Shown here in pieces: positions 13,459 to 26,660 of a stretch of DNA of 64,000 nt. The notes beneath the pieces were generated by a model. It had not been told where the DNA came from. It saw only the letters and a list, made by a program, of their open reading frames with translations, and made no database searches. The stretch is from NCBI GenBank assembly GCA_012026655.1, contig JAAILG010001354.1, positions 1-64,000 on the forward strand, written 5' to 3'. Source of the stretch: Hydrolagus affinis (lineage: Eukaryota). Numbering within the stretch: position 1 is the stretch's first letter; every line of letters starts with the position of its first letter. The translations under genes and the position numbers were made by a program.

Positions 13459-15632
13459 AATGTGCCTGCAGAACCCCCTTCTGAAGGGCAACTCTGGGAG
13501 AATGGCCTCAGTTCCATTGTGGGGTTGATTCCTGATTTATCCTGCAGCAAATCACAACACAGAGTTTACTTTGCTAAGCACAAAACTAAACAGGCATTAA
13601 ATGTGTGCGCAGAGTGGAGTTGAAAAGTGCTGGTGGAATAGATGTCTCTTTTCAAACATTACACCTTTAAAGGTACAGTAGTTCAGCACACTTTAATTTC
13701 AAATGTACCTGGTTGTAGTTTTTACTATAACTGGGGCGAAACCAAAGTGGTGTGGGACTACCTCCTGGAGATGGATCTGCTTCAGTTATTTCTATGAGTC
13801 TGTTGTTTCACTCTGGCTTATTCTCAGTAGCTTATTTCTTGTTTACTGGCCTTGCTCCTTCCAAGCCTATTCTGCAGGAAGCTCTGATTATGTGGGTACA
13901 AACTATCAAGCTCAACCGCATCCCAGGCCAGCAATCAAACACTGGGAATTGCTCTTCAGACTCCATGAAATAAGGAATAAGGACAGAAATATACCAACAA
14001 TCTCCACAGTTACTTTTTGAAATAAAAATTAGCTTTTAATTGCAAATACTAAAATAATACTATCAATTTAGAGACATGTGTACATAATTTTTTGTTAAAA
14101 AATTCCACAATAAAACAGAAGGCTTTACCAGCAAAGAGTTTGGATTTGCAAAATGGTATACTTTTCTTTGTGTTAACTGGACACAGACAATCAGGTCTCC
14201 TCTCATAACTAGTTCTTCTCAGATCTGATTCACTGATGTTGAGGTTGGGGCTTCGAAAGACTTATTCAACTCTGGTGTGAAAGAATCTTGCCATTGTGTT
14301 TGGGATAATATCTTTAATTATTTTAACTCCCAACATATTTGGAAGAGTTAGAAGTCAATGTTCCTTTCACCAGAACCAAGACATCACAATGCAACTGTTC
14401 TTGATTGATCTGATGTGTATTTATGTGTAGTAGTTTGCCAGCCTATGTGTCAAAAATAAGTCACAGAGACTATCTCTACAAAACAGAAATCCCTTCACAG
14501 CAATATGCACTGTGTCCAGCAAAAACTATCACTATTGGATTCTCATATATGGAAGTGACCCAATAATGCAGGATCTGGCCCACTAACTACATAAAAAGTT
14601 GTTGATCCAGTGACGCGCCTTTTTGTGAGAGTGTGGTTTAGTAATTAATGGATAGATGCCAAGATGGAACCTCACACTATGGCAGAATGTGTGGTGGTGG
14701 AAACAATTGACCTAGTCAGCTAGCACCATGGCACAAGCCCTCATATCTCCCAACCATGGAAAGACTGGTGATATGGGATTTGGATAAACTGGAGCCCAGA
14801 TCACTGATGTGAGGCTATTCTGAATGCTTCAAATGACAAAACCAGGTAAAAAAAATACTACAAGTTGGAGACACCTCAGACCCATGGATTGAATATTCCA
14901 GGCAGTTTGATGAACATTTGAGGCAATTCATTCCTCTCACCCCCAAATTCCGAGACTTGTACAATGGATCACATAATGCGCCGTTATTTCGAAATTATTT
15001 TAAATCAGCCTCCAGTATTCTCTAGACTGCTTTTGGAAAGAGAAAAGAAGTCTGAAACATCACTAGTTATTGACCCCAATATTCTATTGGAATTTCAGTC
15101 AATGGACCAAACAGCATATGCAACATTCTCATCCTGATTTAAGGTCTGCATGCACATCAAAGACCATTGCTGCAATTAAAGCTTTAGTAGGTAATATTTA
15201 TTGGCCCCATTAATAGCATCTACCTAGTGTAGACCTAAACTATGTGTTGAACGGATGCCAACTGCCTCTGATTCTGTTAATTAATCTGCCGTTTAGAGCG
15301 AAGAAACAGCTGTACAGGTCTCAGGGATGACATGCCAAAGGGACAGTGATGTTGTGCCTGTGATAGAAAGAGTTCTCTAATATTGTGCAGTGGAGACAAT
15401 GAAGCTAAACGCAAGATTGTACTGATGTACAGTACAGAAATATTTATGCCTAACCTGTTTTGGGAAGTTCTTCAAAATTCAGTGTGAAATATATTAATAA
15501 AAGCTGATGCTGACGTTGGAACGAATTGCATGATTTGAAAGCAGAGCCCAGAAGGTGTAGAACAGTCATAATTGGATTGTTTCTAGAGGACGTTCATAAT
15601 TAGGATGCTTTGAAAGCATAAAATCTTCACAT

Positions 15633-15785
15633 CGAAGAATCTTGCAGCATAGACAAAAGCCATTTGTCCCATCATGTCTGTGCTGCTTCTCTGGGTAAAA
15701 AAAACCCTTCCATTTAGGTCTCAATTCCCTGCTCTTTCCCTGTAGATTTTATATTAGTCTTTTTCAATTATACTTCCAAATCAAA
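15633..15785 (-). mobile_element. CR1 3' terminal fragment
   Basis: gaatcttgcagcatagacaaaagccatttgtcccatcatgtctgtgctg...ccctgctctttccctgtag. Confidence 0.6.
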
Positions 15786-15939
15786 GGTTGAAAGAGGTGA
15801 AAGTCTTTTATTTTCACCGTGATGGCATTCACACTGAAGTGGCTGAACGATGCTTTCTCAACTTGAAATAAATTAAAGCTTATAATAGAATTGTTACTCA
15901 TCACAATGAGGGGAGGGGAGGAAACATTCCCTGTCTGTG

Positions 15940-16750
15940 ACACTATGTTTGGTGCAGTATAAATGAGAAGAGTCCGGCCAGATATGGATAGATTAGGTTT
16001 TGACAAATGGTTTAATGTCATTTAAAGTGAACAAATGCCAGGTGATAAGATTTGGGAAAAGAATAAATGGTGGGAATAACAGATAAACACCACGTAGGAG
16101 AGGGAATTTTTGAGTACTGTTGATCGATCTCCAAAAAATATCAGCAAAGTGAAGACAGTAAACAAGATCTTGAGGTAATTTGTTGAACGGACAGAGCATT
16201 ATTCTCAGAAAGTGATTGTGAAAGTGTACAGGACACTTGTCTGTCCCATTAAGAGTGCTGTATACAATTCTTGTTGCTGTATTGCAAGAAGGATATCTTG
16301 GCATTGGAGAAAGTACAGCAAAGGACAACAAAATTGATAGCTTGAATTAGCCACCTGAGTTGTCAGGAAAGGCTATGAAAGCTAGGAATACTTGTTCTGG
16401 AGAGGAGAAGGCTCAGGGGAGATTTTGAAATATTCAAGCTCTTAAAAGGTACAGATAAAATGAACCCTAATAATGTTTAACGTAGTCGAGAAATGTGCAA
16501 GGGGACATGGACTCAAGCTCAGAAGAGAGAAGTTGAACAGACAGTTCAGATTTAATTACTTTACACAGAGAGTGGTGAATGTGTGGAATGGAGACAGCAG
16601 AGGCAGATTGTGTCAGCAAATTCAATAGGGAATTAGATAGCTATTTGGCGAAGAAATCAACTGAGAGGGATGAGGGATGGAGTAGTGTAGCACTCTTTTT
16701 TTGGGGAGCTTTGGGATTGTTGAGATAGCTTGCAATGATCTTTTCCAGTC
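15940..16750 (+). mobile_element. CR1 LINE, degraded ORF2 C-terminal portion
   Basis: Pieces translate to FKVNKCQVIRFGK, DILALEKVQQRTTKLI, LERRRLRGD, GHGLKLRREK and FNYFTQRVVNVWN, with stops and deletions. Confidence 0.88.
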
Positions 16751-17260
16751 CCAAATCTTCACTTTAATTTGCATATTTCCCATTTTGCACTGATTACCTT
16801 GCTTTCCACAATTGTTAACATCGCTCTATCCGAATCGCTTTTTTTTTTTTTAGCAAATATCACCTGAACTAATGCTTGTACAATATTGTGTACAGTATGC
16901 AGTAGATCCTGAACACCAAACTGAATGCTTCTCCAGCTTGTGTCATTCTTTCTGTTAGACGCTCCAAGTCACATGCCACCATGCCTTCTACCCAGTTTAC
17001 ATGTGAAAGCTGACCTCCCTCCAAAAACACTACTGGGTGCAAATATAGTGGATCTCCTCCCATCTTCCAGTGAGCATTGTCCACATCTCTATTTGTGCAC
17101 TGATTGTTCCTTTTGGCACTCAATTGACTGTTTTAGAAACGTTAACTATGCATTATTACTGGTACAGGATTATTGGCTCCTATGATTCTGTTAATACAAA
17201 TGCCCTGGAATGCCCAATCTTAAAGGCCATACAGGCAGCATTAGCACGTTTAAACGAAAG

Positions 17261-17392
17261 GTAGATTTTGTTTTAGCAGGTAAAGATATTAAGGAGTATG
17301 GAGAAAAGGCTGGGAAATGACATTAAAAGATGTGCCATCATCTAATAAAAAAAAAGCTCAGGGGCATGAGTGTCCATCATTGCTATGTTCCC
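17261..17392 (+). mobile_element. CR1 3' fragment
   Basis: gtagattttgttttagcaggtaaagatattaaggagtatggagaaaaggc...gctcagggg. Confidence 0.6.
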
Positions 17393-18699
17393 ATAACACT
17401 TTATTCTTACAATTTTGGTTGCGTTCCTTCAGAACTATAATTTATGCTATTATTTACGCTTAGTTTCAAAAGAGAATTTATGCTATCATTTCAATCATAA
17501 TCGGTCATGTCCAGTATTTTAAGACATTTACACAGACGCAAATCTGAATGTCTTCTATAAACAAGTCAGTTAACATCCCAAACTGTAAACATTGATTTTT
17601 CTAAAGCATTATAAACAACCTATAGGGCCAAGGCTAATAAGTCTGAATTTAAACTGTCCTTCCAAAATTCTTCAGGTTTTTTTAATGACTGGTTTATAAA
17701 CAAATGATGTCTTGAATGCCTATAATTAGCTTAATTAAATATTACAAAATGTCATGGAAGAATTCTTCCCATAATTATTGTGGGATAAATGGTGCTTCTG
17801 GAATCAACCTCCTAAACTACCAGGTATATCATTTAATTATGTTGTTAGTTTTGAATCTAACCCTATATTTGGAAACAAAAAATGGAAAGTGATAAACATA
17901 AACGCATGGAAGCAAACTTTGGAGAAGAAGTAGGAGAACAAAAAGGATTTTAAACCTCCAATTGTGGACAAAAGATTGTACTTCAGCCAATGGCTTGAAA
18001 CCATCTTGAGGGGTGGAGGTGGCGATGGTGGTGGAGGTGGAGGTTCAAATCATTTCAAGGAACTCATTAAAGCAGCCTTTAAAGAGAAATTGCCCAAATA
18101 TTCTGCAGCTGAGAAGGTATTTTAACCAATGTGGGTTGTGCATCTCTGCTTTGATTTGACTGTGCTTATTGTTGGTATGATTCCAAGTGTCATGGAGCAA
18201 GCCTAGATAAACCTCTTCAGCTCATAGGGCACCAACTTGACAATGTCCATCCTCTTTAGAGCACATGCTCTGTGCACTGGCCAGCTTTTGAAACACGATC
18301 CAATGTCACAACGTCAAGGCAGAGTTCTCCTTGCTGCTCTAATAGAGCGAGGTGTAAGTGTTTATTCCCAAGATCATCATTTTCAAATCCTGTACATGTT
18401 ACAATTCAGGAAAAGCTGGACGTGTGGTCAAAGGTTCCCCTCAAGTCTTCATTTTTTTTTACTGGAATGTGCCCTTATGTTTCCAAAGGCTAATGCATTT
18501 TTAAATGACAATCTCTGAAATGTTGCATAATCTGAAATCACGCGGGGCACCATGCTGTAAGTTTGTATGAGGTTGATCAGCTTCCAAATTCATACAGCGA
18601 GAATGTACAATCTTAAATGTTTTGGTGTGTAAATAAAGTTTCCTGTAATTTCATGGTATGCTTAACCTCAAGAGTATCATTATTCCATTACTGTAAATT

Positions 18700-18935
18700 A
18701 TGTCCAGCCAGGAGTATCCTGTAAGTGTGTGGAAGGATCTGGGTGTTTTCAGCAGAATACCGTGTGGTGGTGGTCGAAACAAAAGGGTAAGGTTTCAGTG
18801 CGGGTTAGCGGAGGACAGACCAGAGTCCGGAATTCCGGAAGTCAGCGTTCCTTCCAGCGACTTTGCGATTAGAACGGGAGAGGCAAACAGCATCAATCTT
18901 GTCACATTGAATGCCGACAAGAATTTCAGCTAACT
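18700..18935 (-). mobile_element. CpG-rich segment, possibly an internal L2 ORF2 fragment
   Basis: Minus-strand DKIDAVCLS and FRPPPHGILLK...SWLD loosely resemble the L2 linker (KI..IR ... F.P......TC.LD). Weak. Confidence 0.25.
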
Positions 18936-18940
18936 AACGC

Positions 18941-19122
18941 ATGTTTTGCCCACAAAACACACAATCAATTCACTTTACAGTGTATTCTATGAAGCGTTTT
19001 GAGACGTCTGAAAAGCATGATAAAGCGCTATACCAAATACAACAACAATGATAATTAAATTACATTTGTGCAGCACCTTTCTTGTCGGAAGGATGTCCCA
19101 ACGCAAGAATCATTATTATTAT
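18941..19122 (+). mobile_element. SINE 3' half interrupted by an antisense L2 tail (~19040-19100)
   Basis: SINE tail ctataccaaat...gcaagaatcattattatt is split by caacaacaa...tacatttgtgcagcacctttcttgtcggaaggatgtccca. Confidence 0.75.
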
Positions 19123-19184
19123 ACATGCACCCAATTAATGTGACATCTCCAGCTCTGTAATTCTCTTCTATCATTTCTTTGGTG

Positions 19185-19610
19185 AGACACGAGCCTCGTG
19201 GCGGACCCATGGGCGACTGTGAAATTGGCCATAGCTATGGAACTGGTTTGTCACCTCTGTTTCCAGCCAGCAACTAGCATTCCAAAGCACTGTGCAGATG
19301 CTGTCCTGTGTGTCCTACAAAGAAATGGTAACTTGCCTTGGGGGAATTTGAGTTGTAGAGTGGTCCAGTTTAACTATCCGCAGGTTCTGTGGTTATTCAC
19401 TCCCTCCTGCATTGTATTCCGGTGCCAAAATGCCAGCAGCGGATTGAAAGCATGCCATAACATCACCAGGATTACGGTTCACACATGCTTCCATAACACT
19501 CCAAGTGGAATAAATGTGTTTGCAATATGCTGTGAAAGATTACTTGTATTGTCACCAACAGGGCTGGTGTTATAACGAATGCAGGACCAGATTCTATCCA
19601 TAGCTTAAAT
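19185..19610 (+). pseudogene. Decayed Harbinger (HARBI1-like) DDE transposase fragment
   Basis: Collinear motifs VKLAIAMELVCHLCFQ (cf. ALGFYTSGSFQ), HCADAV, YPQV, FH...INVFAICC (cf. HS.N...VCD) and, in another frame, NAGPDSIH (cf. PGS.HD). Confidence 0.5.
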
Positions 19611-20959
19611 GGCTAAAAATATCATGAGCTCCCTTTTGCATCAGTGTTCGGCTGGCACCTCTGCGTTCTTGCTGTGGCACCTTGCTGAGTGTACAGTTCT
19701 TTACATATCTTCACGGTCAGCTCGCATCACTTAACACATCATTGCAATCTTAACCCACAAGAGAAAGCCCACAATGTAGGGTGCTCTTTCCAAAAATAAG
19801 TTTTGAACATGTTCACACTGTAACACACAGAAGAGGGACATCATGATACCAAATCAAATCATCTCTTTTTTTTCTGTTTAAGGCAATCAGAATTCAATTG
19901 CTCAGATTGTTGTTATACTCAGCTTCTTGCAAGAAGTTGGTATTGGGGTTTATTTGTCCTACTGTAGTTTAAGAGACAACTCCTTTGCCTTTGCTCCATT
20001 ACTCCCAAGAATCCATACTTCAGAGCAGTATTTGTACTCTGTCACTGTTACCATGATCAGTTGACTTCTTTAAGTTTAGGAACCCAATCAAAGCTGCCTC
20101 CCCATGGACTGCAAGTGGAGCATTTGTCTCACCCATAGTACAAAGGTTTAGCCACATTGCCATGCTACTGAAGTTCTCACATAACTCATGCCGAAAAATG
20201 GGCTTTGTGTCTATTTATAACCACTGAGCAGAGTATCACTGCCTGCAGTGCTCACTTAAGAAGTCTAAATGTTTGCCTTAAGACCATTCTTTCAACATTC
20301 AGGATTCTGCAGTCGCTTTGGGAAAGAGTCTTAAATTCAACATTAATCTAGAAAATAGGTTTCCGAATCAAGGCAATTCTTAACCATTATTAAATTCCCT
20401 GTGATCTTAAATTTAAAGACAGTGGTCTGAAGCCTAAGAACAGAAGATTTGACTTCAGGGCTATAACGATTATATTTACAACAGTATTGGAAGTACAACA
20501 GTCATATTTTAGAGGAAACAAAATGCTTTGAGAATCAGTGAGTGATTCATAAACTCAGGCAACTACAAGTAACAAAGTTCTTGTAAATCTTCCATTTTTG
20601 TCCTTCATGAACCCTGATAATTGGGTATATCAGACTATTTAAATTCTGTGTGTTTTTAACACAGCCAGGAAGGAATGTTTTTTTTAAATAAAGACACTGG
20701 GGCATATTCTCTGTATGTGCTGGAATGTGACAAGAGTTATGCGCTGTTTCAAAACCTGAAAAATTATAATCACTGCTTCTAGCAATTAATTTCCCACAGA
20801 GAATAAAAGAGTGCAGTCTTAAGGAAATTTTAAAGCAGATTATCAAACAGCCAAACTCTTCCAAGAAATGCTGGGCCAATAGATATTAGCAATGAAAATC
20901 AAGACACGGGTTTCAGTGAATAAGATCTAATGTTACTTTTGCAGGATTTCCCTAATATT

Positions 20960-21400
20960 TGCAAATTCATTATGAATTAATTTGGCTGTACAGAGAAATT
21001 GTGTGAAGGCACACACAGTATACAAATTTTTTTTAGCAACAGAAGCTAATTTTTTTAATTGAATCATTGATTCACCAAAATGGGAAGCCAAATAAGAGAA
21101 GCTAAAAATATATAATAAATATACTGGCTGCATATAATGAATCGGACAGAGCACGTCATCGGGGCTTATTTGACAATCGACTGCGCATCAAGTCAATCCG
21201 ACAAGTTATAAACGGACGAAGGTTTTGCTAAAATAAAGCTTCTTCTCTTTCATTTATTTCAGTGGTCAACTGTGTCATGGTTGATGTCATGGGGCACTGT
21301 TGACGCCTGTGGAGCAGCGCATAGCAACAGGCGTAATCACTGACGGTAACTATGGTGCTCTTTCACAGCTGTTCTTTCTAGAATTACAGGTTTAAGTAAA
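20960..21400. promoter_or_regulatory. Candidate conserved non-coding element
   Basis: Repeat-free and CpG-retaining, with CRE half-sites (CGTCA/TGACG x3) and RFX-like catagcaac and ggtaactatgg. Confidence 0.4.
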
Positions 21401-22420
21401 TGACTTCAAATTAAAGATATTTTGGATGAAGAACTAAACATGCATTTACATGCTTTGGTTTTCATTATTGACTACTTCCCCCCCGCCTTCCACTATTTAT
21501 TTATTCAGTAAGTTCTCCTTATGAAGGTGTTATTACATTTTAGGATGGCCAGTTATCTGTTAGATTGTGGTCGGGATCTTAGAGTGCTGATAATTCAATG
21601 ATAATTATTTTAACTGATGCAATGATGAAACTGTTTGCATAACATTTGGACAGTTTTACTTTCCCTCCCTCTCTTCTTCACGTATCAAGAACAGCTGGAT
21701 TGCTAATAACTGGGGAGAAAGCTTGAAGAGGTTAGTAGATAAAATCAACCAATGGAGCTGTGTGTCTGCTTTTACGTGTTGCTAATTTCCTGGTGAGATG
21801 CCTGAACCACTGGACCCTGTTGAGCAGTTTATCAGCTTATTGCCCATATCGAAGAACTGCAACTTTGAGTAACGAAGGAAGATAGCTTTCCTGTTCCACT
21901 TAAAGAAAATTATACTGAAAATGTTTATCAAAATAGCTCTTAAAGCATCTGAATCATCATGACACTCATTTTGTAAGCTTTACTTGGGTTAATTCGTTAC
22001 TATGTTTCCTGCCTCAAAAGCTTCCATGACTTTTGACCACTTTGTTTTCAACTCATTGGGAAACTAGCATAAAAGCAGCACTTTGTCAGTGGTGGTAAGA
22101 TATAAATGTGTAAGACTGGAAAAGACCACCTCAATCCATCTGTTCAGTGGCATTTTCAAATATCATCTCTGCTGATCTCACTTACAACCCAGATAATCCG
22201 CTTCACTGTAAAACATGATCCAATTCCCTTGTGCAAATGCCTGTATTACCCACTTCCACTCCATGGGCATAAGGTATTGAACTGAGGAGGAGATAAGTGA
22301 ACCTTTAAGGAAAAAATTAAATACTTTCAACTCAAACAACTGTTCCCCTATAAATACATGAGGTAAAATTTCACCTGGGTCTATATTTACTCTATATGTA
22401 GATCTTGACACCCAACTGTT

Positions 22421-22482
22421 CAGCGCCTTGGGACTCCTCCCAACGTGAAAGGCATCCTCAAGTGTAATTTTGTTGTTGTTGT
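22421..22482 (+). mobile_element. Ultra-short L2 3' tail
   Basis: cagcgccttgggactcctcccaacgtgaaaggc...gtaattttgttgttgttgt. Confidence 0.75.
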
Positions 22483-23187
22483 ATTACACATGAGGAAACA
22501 GAGTTTACCCTAAACTTTGAACTACATACAGCTCCAAGTATATGCACACCACACTGGGAAAGTAATCCTGTTTGAGTTAATTGGGACTGATTTGGACGTT
22601 TTGCTTTCCATAACCCTCTCAATTAAGCTTTTTTTTGCTGTACTAAAATGAATGGCACACTTGTTTGAAACTCATTGTAAGTTAAATCTCATGGCCAACT
22701 GCAGTCGTGCATGCAGTCTTGGGGCAGGATTGATCCGCTGTTCAGATTATAGGTATCCTAGCGTTGATGGTATCAAAGTAAAAATCTATCCGAGGAGGAA
22801 GAAAGTTCACCGGTCTGTTGGCCGACGGTTGAAGTCACCAATACAAGATTTCATAACATATTCAGCGAGATCAGATCAAATCCGTAATGAAATGTCTAAT
22901 TTTCACTTGTAGGAATTTAAATTCCAGGCCCAAACTACATCAAACTTAATTCCACTCAAACAACTCAGTTAACAGCAACTTGGCCAAGTTCCAAGATGAG
23001 GCATTTTGCTGTGGCACAGTGTTGAGTGTGGGGAATGGTGATTCAGGGGGGTGGGGAGGGGGAGGAAAGGGGGGAAGAACAGAGAAGAGAAATAAAGAGA
23101 GGAACAAACACACACCTCCTATCAAACAGTCATAAACGGGAGCTTTGAAGTCACTGTGATCAAACTATCTCATTGCTGAATTTCAGT

Positions 23188-23237
23188 ACCTTCCCGACGT
23201 GAAAGGTGCTATACAAATGTAATTTTGTTGTTGTTGT
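23188..23237 (+). mobile_element. Ultra-short L2 3' tail
   Basis: ccttcccgacgtgaaaggtgctatacaaatgtaattttgttgttgttgt. Confidence 0.8.
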
Positions 23238-25889
23238 AAGGAGGAAGGAAGCCTGATGGAAAGTGAAAACAACGGTTATTGTATGATGCAAAATAGGGTG
23301 AGAAAGATAGATAAACCAAACACAAACACTCAAAGAACATTTATATAACTCTTCTATCTCAACCCCTCATCCCTTTAAATAAGATAATACATACCATATT
23401 CGGTAAACATTGTTAAACTTTTCCATTGCAGAAGCTTAGCTACCTAAACTCTGTACTTGAGCAAGATAACGCTCATATTCTGTGGCAAACAGACACAAGC
23501 CAAACATTGTTGTGCTAAAATAATTCAATAAAACAATAAAATCTAAATTTCACTCCCTAAATCAAAGCACTGATCTAACTGTAGAAGACAGGAGCTTTAT
23601 GGGTGGGTCATTAAGTGATAATGCAACTTCATGTCCATCTAGGATTACTGAAATTTTATGTTGCAGGGTCTGACTTCAAATTTACATCTATTCTTCATCT
23701 TCAATCTGCTTCTCTGCTGAAAAGTAACTCCGCTCAGGCTGGTAATATAAAAGGATATGAGGGGTAACTCGGCAGACGTCTCCACACTAACTGTAAGAGA
23801 TAAATTAGTGACAGGTAAGGCTAAAAAAAACATAATTTAAGGGTCAAATATACTGGCAGTCAACTTCAGGAAGCCCTTTGAAAATTAGACTTGATTAAAT
23901 AATCACTCTGGGAATAACACAGACAGGCCCTGCTGTTCAACAAAGCTTTAGCATTGGGGGGGGGTGGTGGGGGGGAGGGGGGGCGCAATCTGAGTTCCAA
24001 TGACTTTTGGTATAACCTCATAATATTCATGAGTTTAGTATATAATCAAGATTTTTTCACCACAATCTCTAATCTAAACAGATGGGACTGAAGTTGCTGA
24101 AACCACAAGCACCAGCAGGGGGAGAACTTGCTATAATACATAGTTTATTAAATAAATCAGCTTGAATGTTTGAATCTGGTCCAACATATTTTGGCTGCTT
24201 GAGAGCTTTATAAAAATCTCACAAATAACCGCTAATGCTGAATAGAAAAACCATTTCAGATTCACGTAGCACTGCATATTACAGTCCAGTAATTGCCATT
24301 CTCACAAAGATGCTCTTGACATTTGTGCTTTAAATGGATTCAGCTTCCTTGAGTTGGTTTGTTACAAAAGCAAGGTGGAGGCTAGTCCCATTAAATTGAG
24401 TTCGGACATCATCTGGCACAAACATGTTGACCATTTTCAGTAGTTGCAATGACCTTTCAACAAAGCTAGCGATTTGCTGCATTATGTAATAACAAGCTGA
24501 ACTCCTGCCAGGTCATTAGATAGGCTTGCACCCCCATCAGCTTGACTGTAAGCACTTTCCCCAAATACTTAGTTGTGTACAACTCTTAGCACCACAAAAC
24601 AGCATCAGCTTCTGTAAATCTTCTAAAAACACAAAGCAGCTTCAGCTTACAGAGCAGCAGTGATGAGAAGTCACATATGGTGTTCAGCTAAAACTGCTGA
24701 ACCCTGTAGAGCTGTAATATAAAGTACATCAATGCTGTTTAGTTGCCAGTTTACTCTTTGTATATGCATTTTACCATTTCAGATTTTCCATTTGTTCCCT
24801 TCCAGATTTCTCCAAACTGTGAGCATTTCCCACAGAGTCATCTGAATACAGAAGATAGGAAACTCATAAATTAGAAAAATTAGATTAGTGAAATTTAATT
24901 TACTCATACAGCTCATTACAGTTGAAGAAGGATTTGAACTTGAAGCAAAATGGGAGGGAAATGGCTTCTTCTGTTTTGATCTTTGTGTTTGCAATCCACG
25001 TCCCATTTTTGTGTTTTTTTTCATTCCGACAATTACATACTTGCGTTTTATTAGAGATTTATTCTGCTGCTCAGCCTTCAAACCTGAAGAAGTGCTTTGT
25101 GGAAGTAGGTCAAACAGATGGTAGGAACTTAACCTAGAAACCTTTTCTGGAGACCTCTTACTTACATTTTATTTGTTGTCTCCTATAGCATACCACTAAC
25201 TTTCATCTTTAGTTCAGCTAAGCAGCTCCCTCCCTTCTTCCCAACCCCCTGTTGCTACATGCAGTCCTGCAGTTTAGCGTGAAGTTTGGATGCAACAGCG
25301 CTGAGCAGCTGGGCTGAGCTACAAGGGAATGATAATGACCTCAGAAATCTGCTGTTAGTTTGACAACAATAGGGCACTCAGTAGAGTGGAAAATTGTGTT
25401 CGCTGGCTAGCTCCGCTCAGTTACTAATTGACATTGCCAAATATTTTAAGAACAATTGGAATGCAAAAGCAAAAAGAGGAGATCTTAATCCCCCCATACT
25501 TTTCAATTTTTGTCCGATTTTGCTCTGTTCATTACTCGATGGCTATCACAAGCTTGAAACAAACTTTTCAGGTCATATCTGCCCTGTGTCTGTGTTCTGA
25601 TGCCCAGCACAAAAGGTTTTTATGCGTCCTATCAATGGGGCCTACATAAGTAGGGGATGGAATCACAGGGCTGGGGTGCCACTCTAACCAGCCCACAAAT
25701 GCTCTCAAATGTATGCAAAGGTTTGAAAGCAGCTGATCAAATACTCTTTGCAAATATCAATATTCCAGAAGCCAAATAAAAGCCAAACTGAAATTAAACT
25801 AATAATTACACTTAATCTGTGTTTAGCTTTTAAGGCTTTGTTTTTTTTACCCCAGCGCACAGGCATTCCATGTATTGAGCAATGCCATT

Positions 25890-26660
25890 GTTTGTGGTGC
25901 AGTAAGTCTGGCTTAAAATGAACCCGAGGTCACTTTCCTCAGCTACCCTGCATATGGAAATGACCTCAATTATGCAACACAGCATAGTTAATGAGGAAAA
26001 GTACATCCTGTGTTTTATATACTTTGCTTGCTCTGTTGAGATTGTAATGATTCTTTGCTCCAATACTTTTTTTCAAGCAAAGTAGCTCATCAAAGGCAGT
26101 TTGCATAAGGTGCTTTTCTTCCACAAATATTTGATGAGACCACTTTTTTGACCGACTTGGCATAAATTCTGTACTTCTGATACAACCTCATAGCATTAAT
26201 ATTTCACTATACTTTTTTTTCTCTTCCTCTCTTCCCAAAACTGCCACTCATGTGCAGGTTTCTCAAGTCTACACAGTTTGTGTAGAAAGCTATGTAGACT
26301 TGAGAAAACTGCACAAGAGTGTGCAGTTTTGGGGCAGATGCTGCAATGACACCGTACCACAAATATTTTTAAAGTAACAAACAATTAACCTAGGCTGACT
26401 GCTGCGGCAAATGTAGGAGGATATGTATTGCAGAAATATAGGCAATTGCCCCATCTAGTCTACATCATGGCTGCCCGTATAACCAGAATCAAAGTTACCA
26501 TTAAAGCCGCAGTAATTATTTTGCACGTTTGTGTGAAACTCCTGCTGGAAGTAGTCCTCACAGAGTGTATGTTGCCATTAGTCTTGCATTTTTGCTGGAA
26601 GTACAATTCCAGGGCAAATGCAGTCACAGAGGAAGTGAAAAGCCAAGTGGCGCTATGATA
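25890..26660. mobile_element. Fossil PIF/Harbinger element: weak Myb-like relic (-, ~25890-26040) head-to-head with a transposase N-terminus (+, ~26410-26650)
   Basis: Plus strand: KYRQ... and PAG...VYVAISLAFLLEVQFQG, with the same L-x-F-x5-FQ spacing as HARBI1 ALGFYTSGSFQ. Minus strand: TQDVLFL and VAEE. Confidence 0.45.

Noticed and set aside
23044-23075. G-run tracts (also ~23956, 54925, 61762) as G-quadruplexes
   Set aside because: Low-complexity G/C runs are common here and nothing suggests function.
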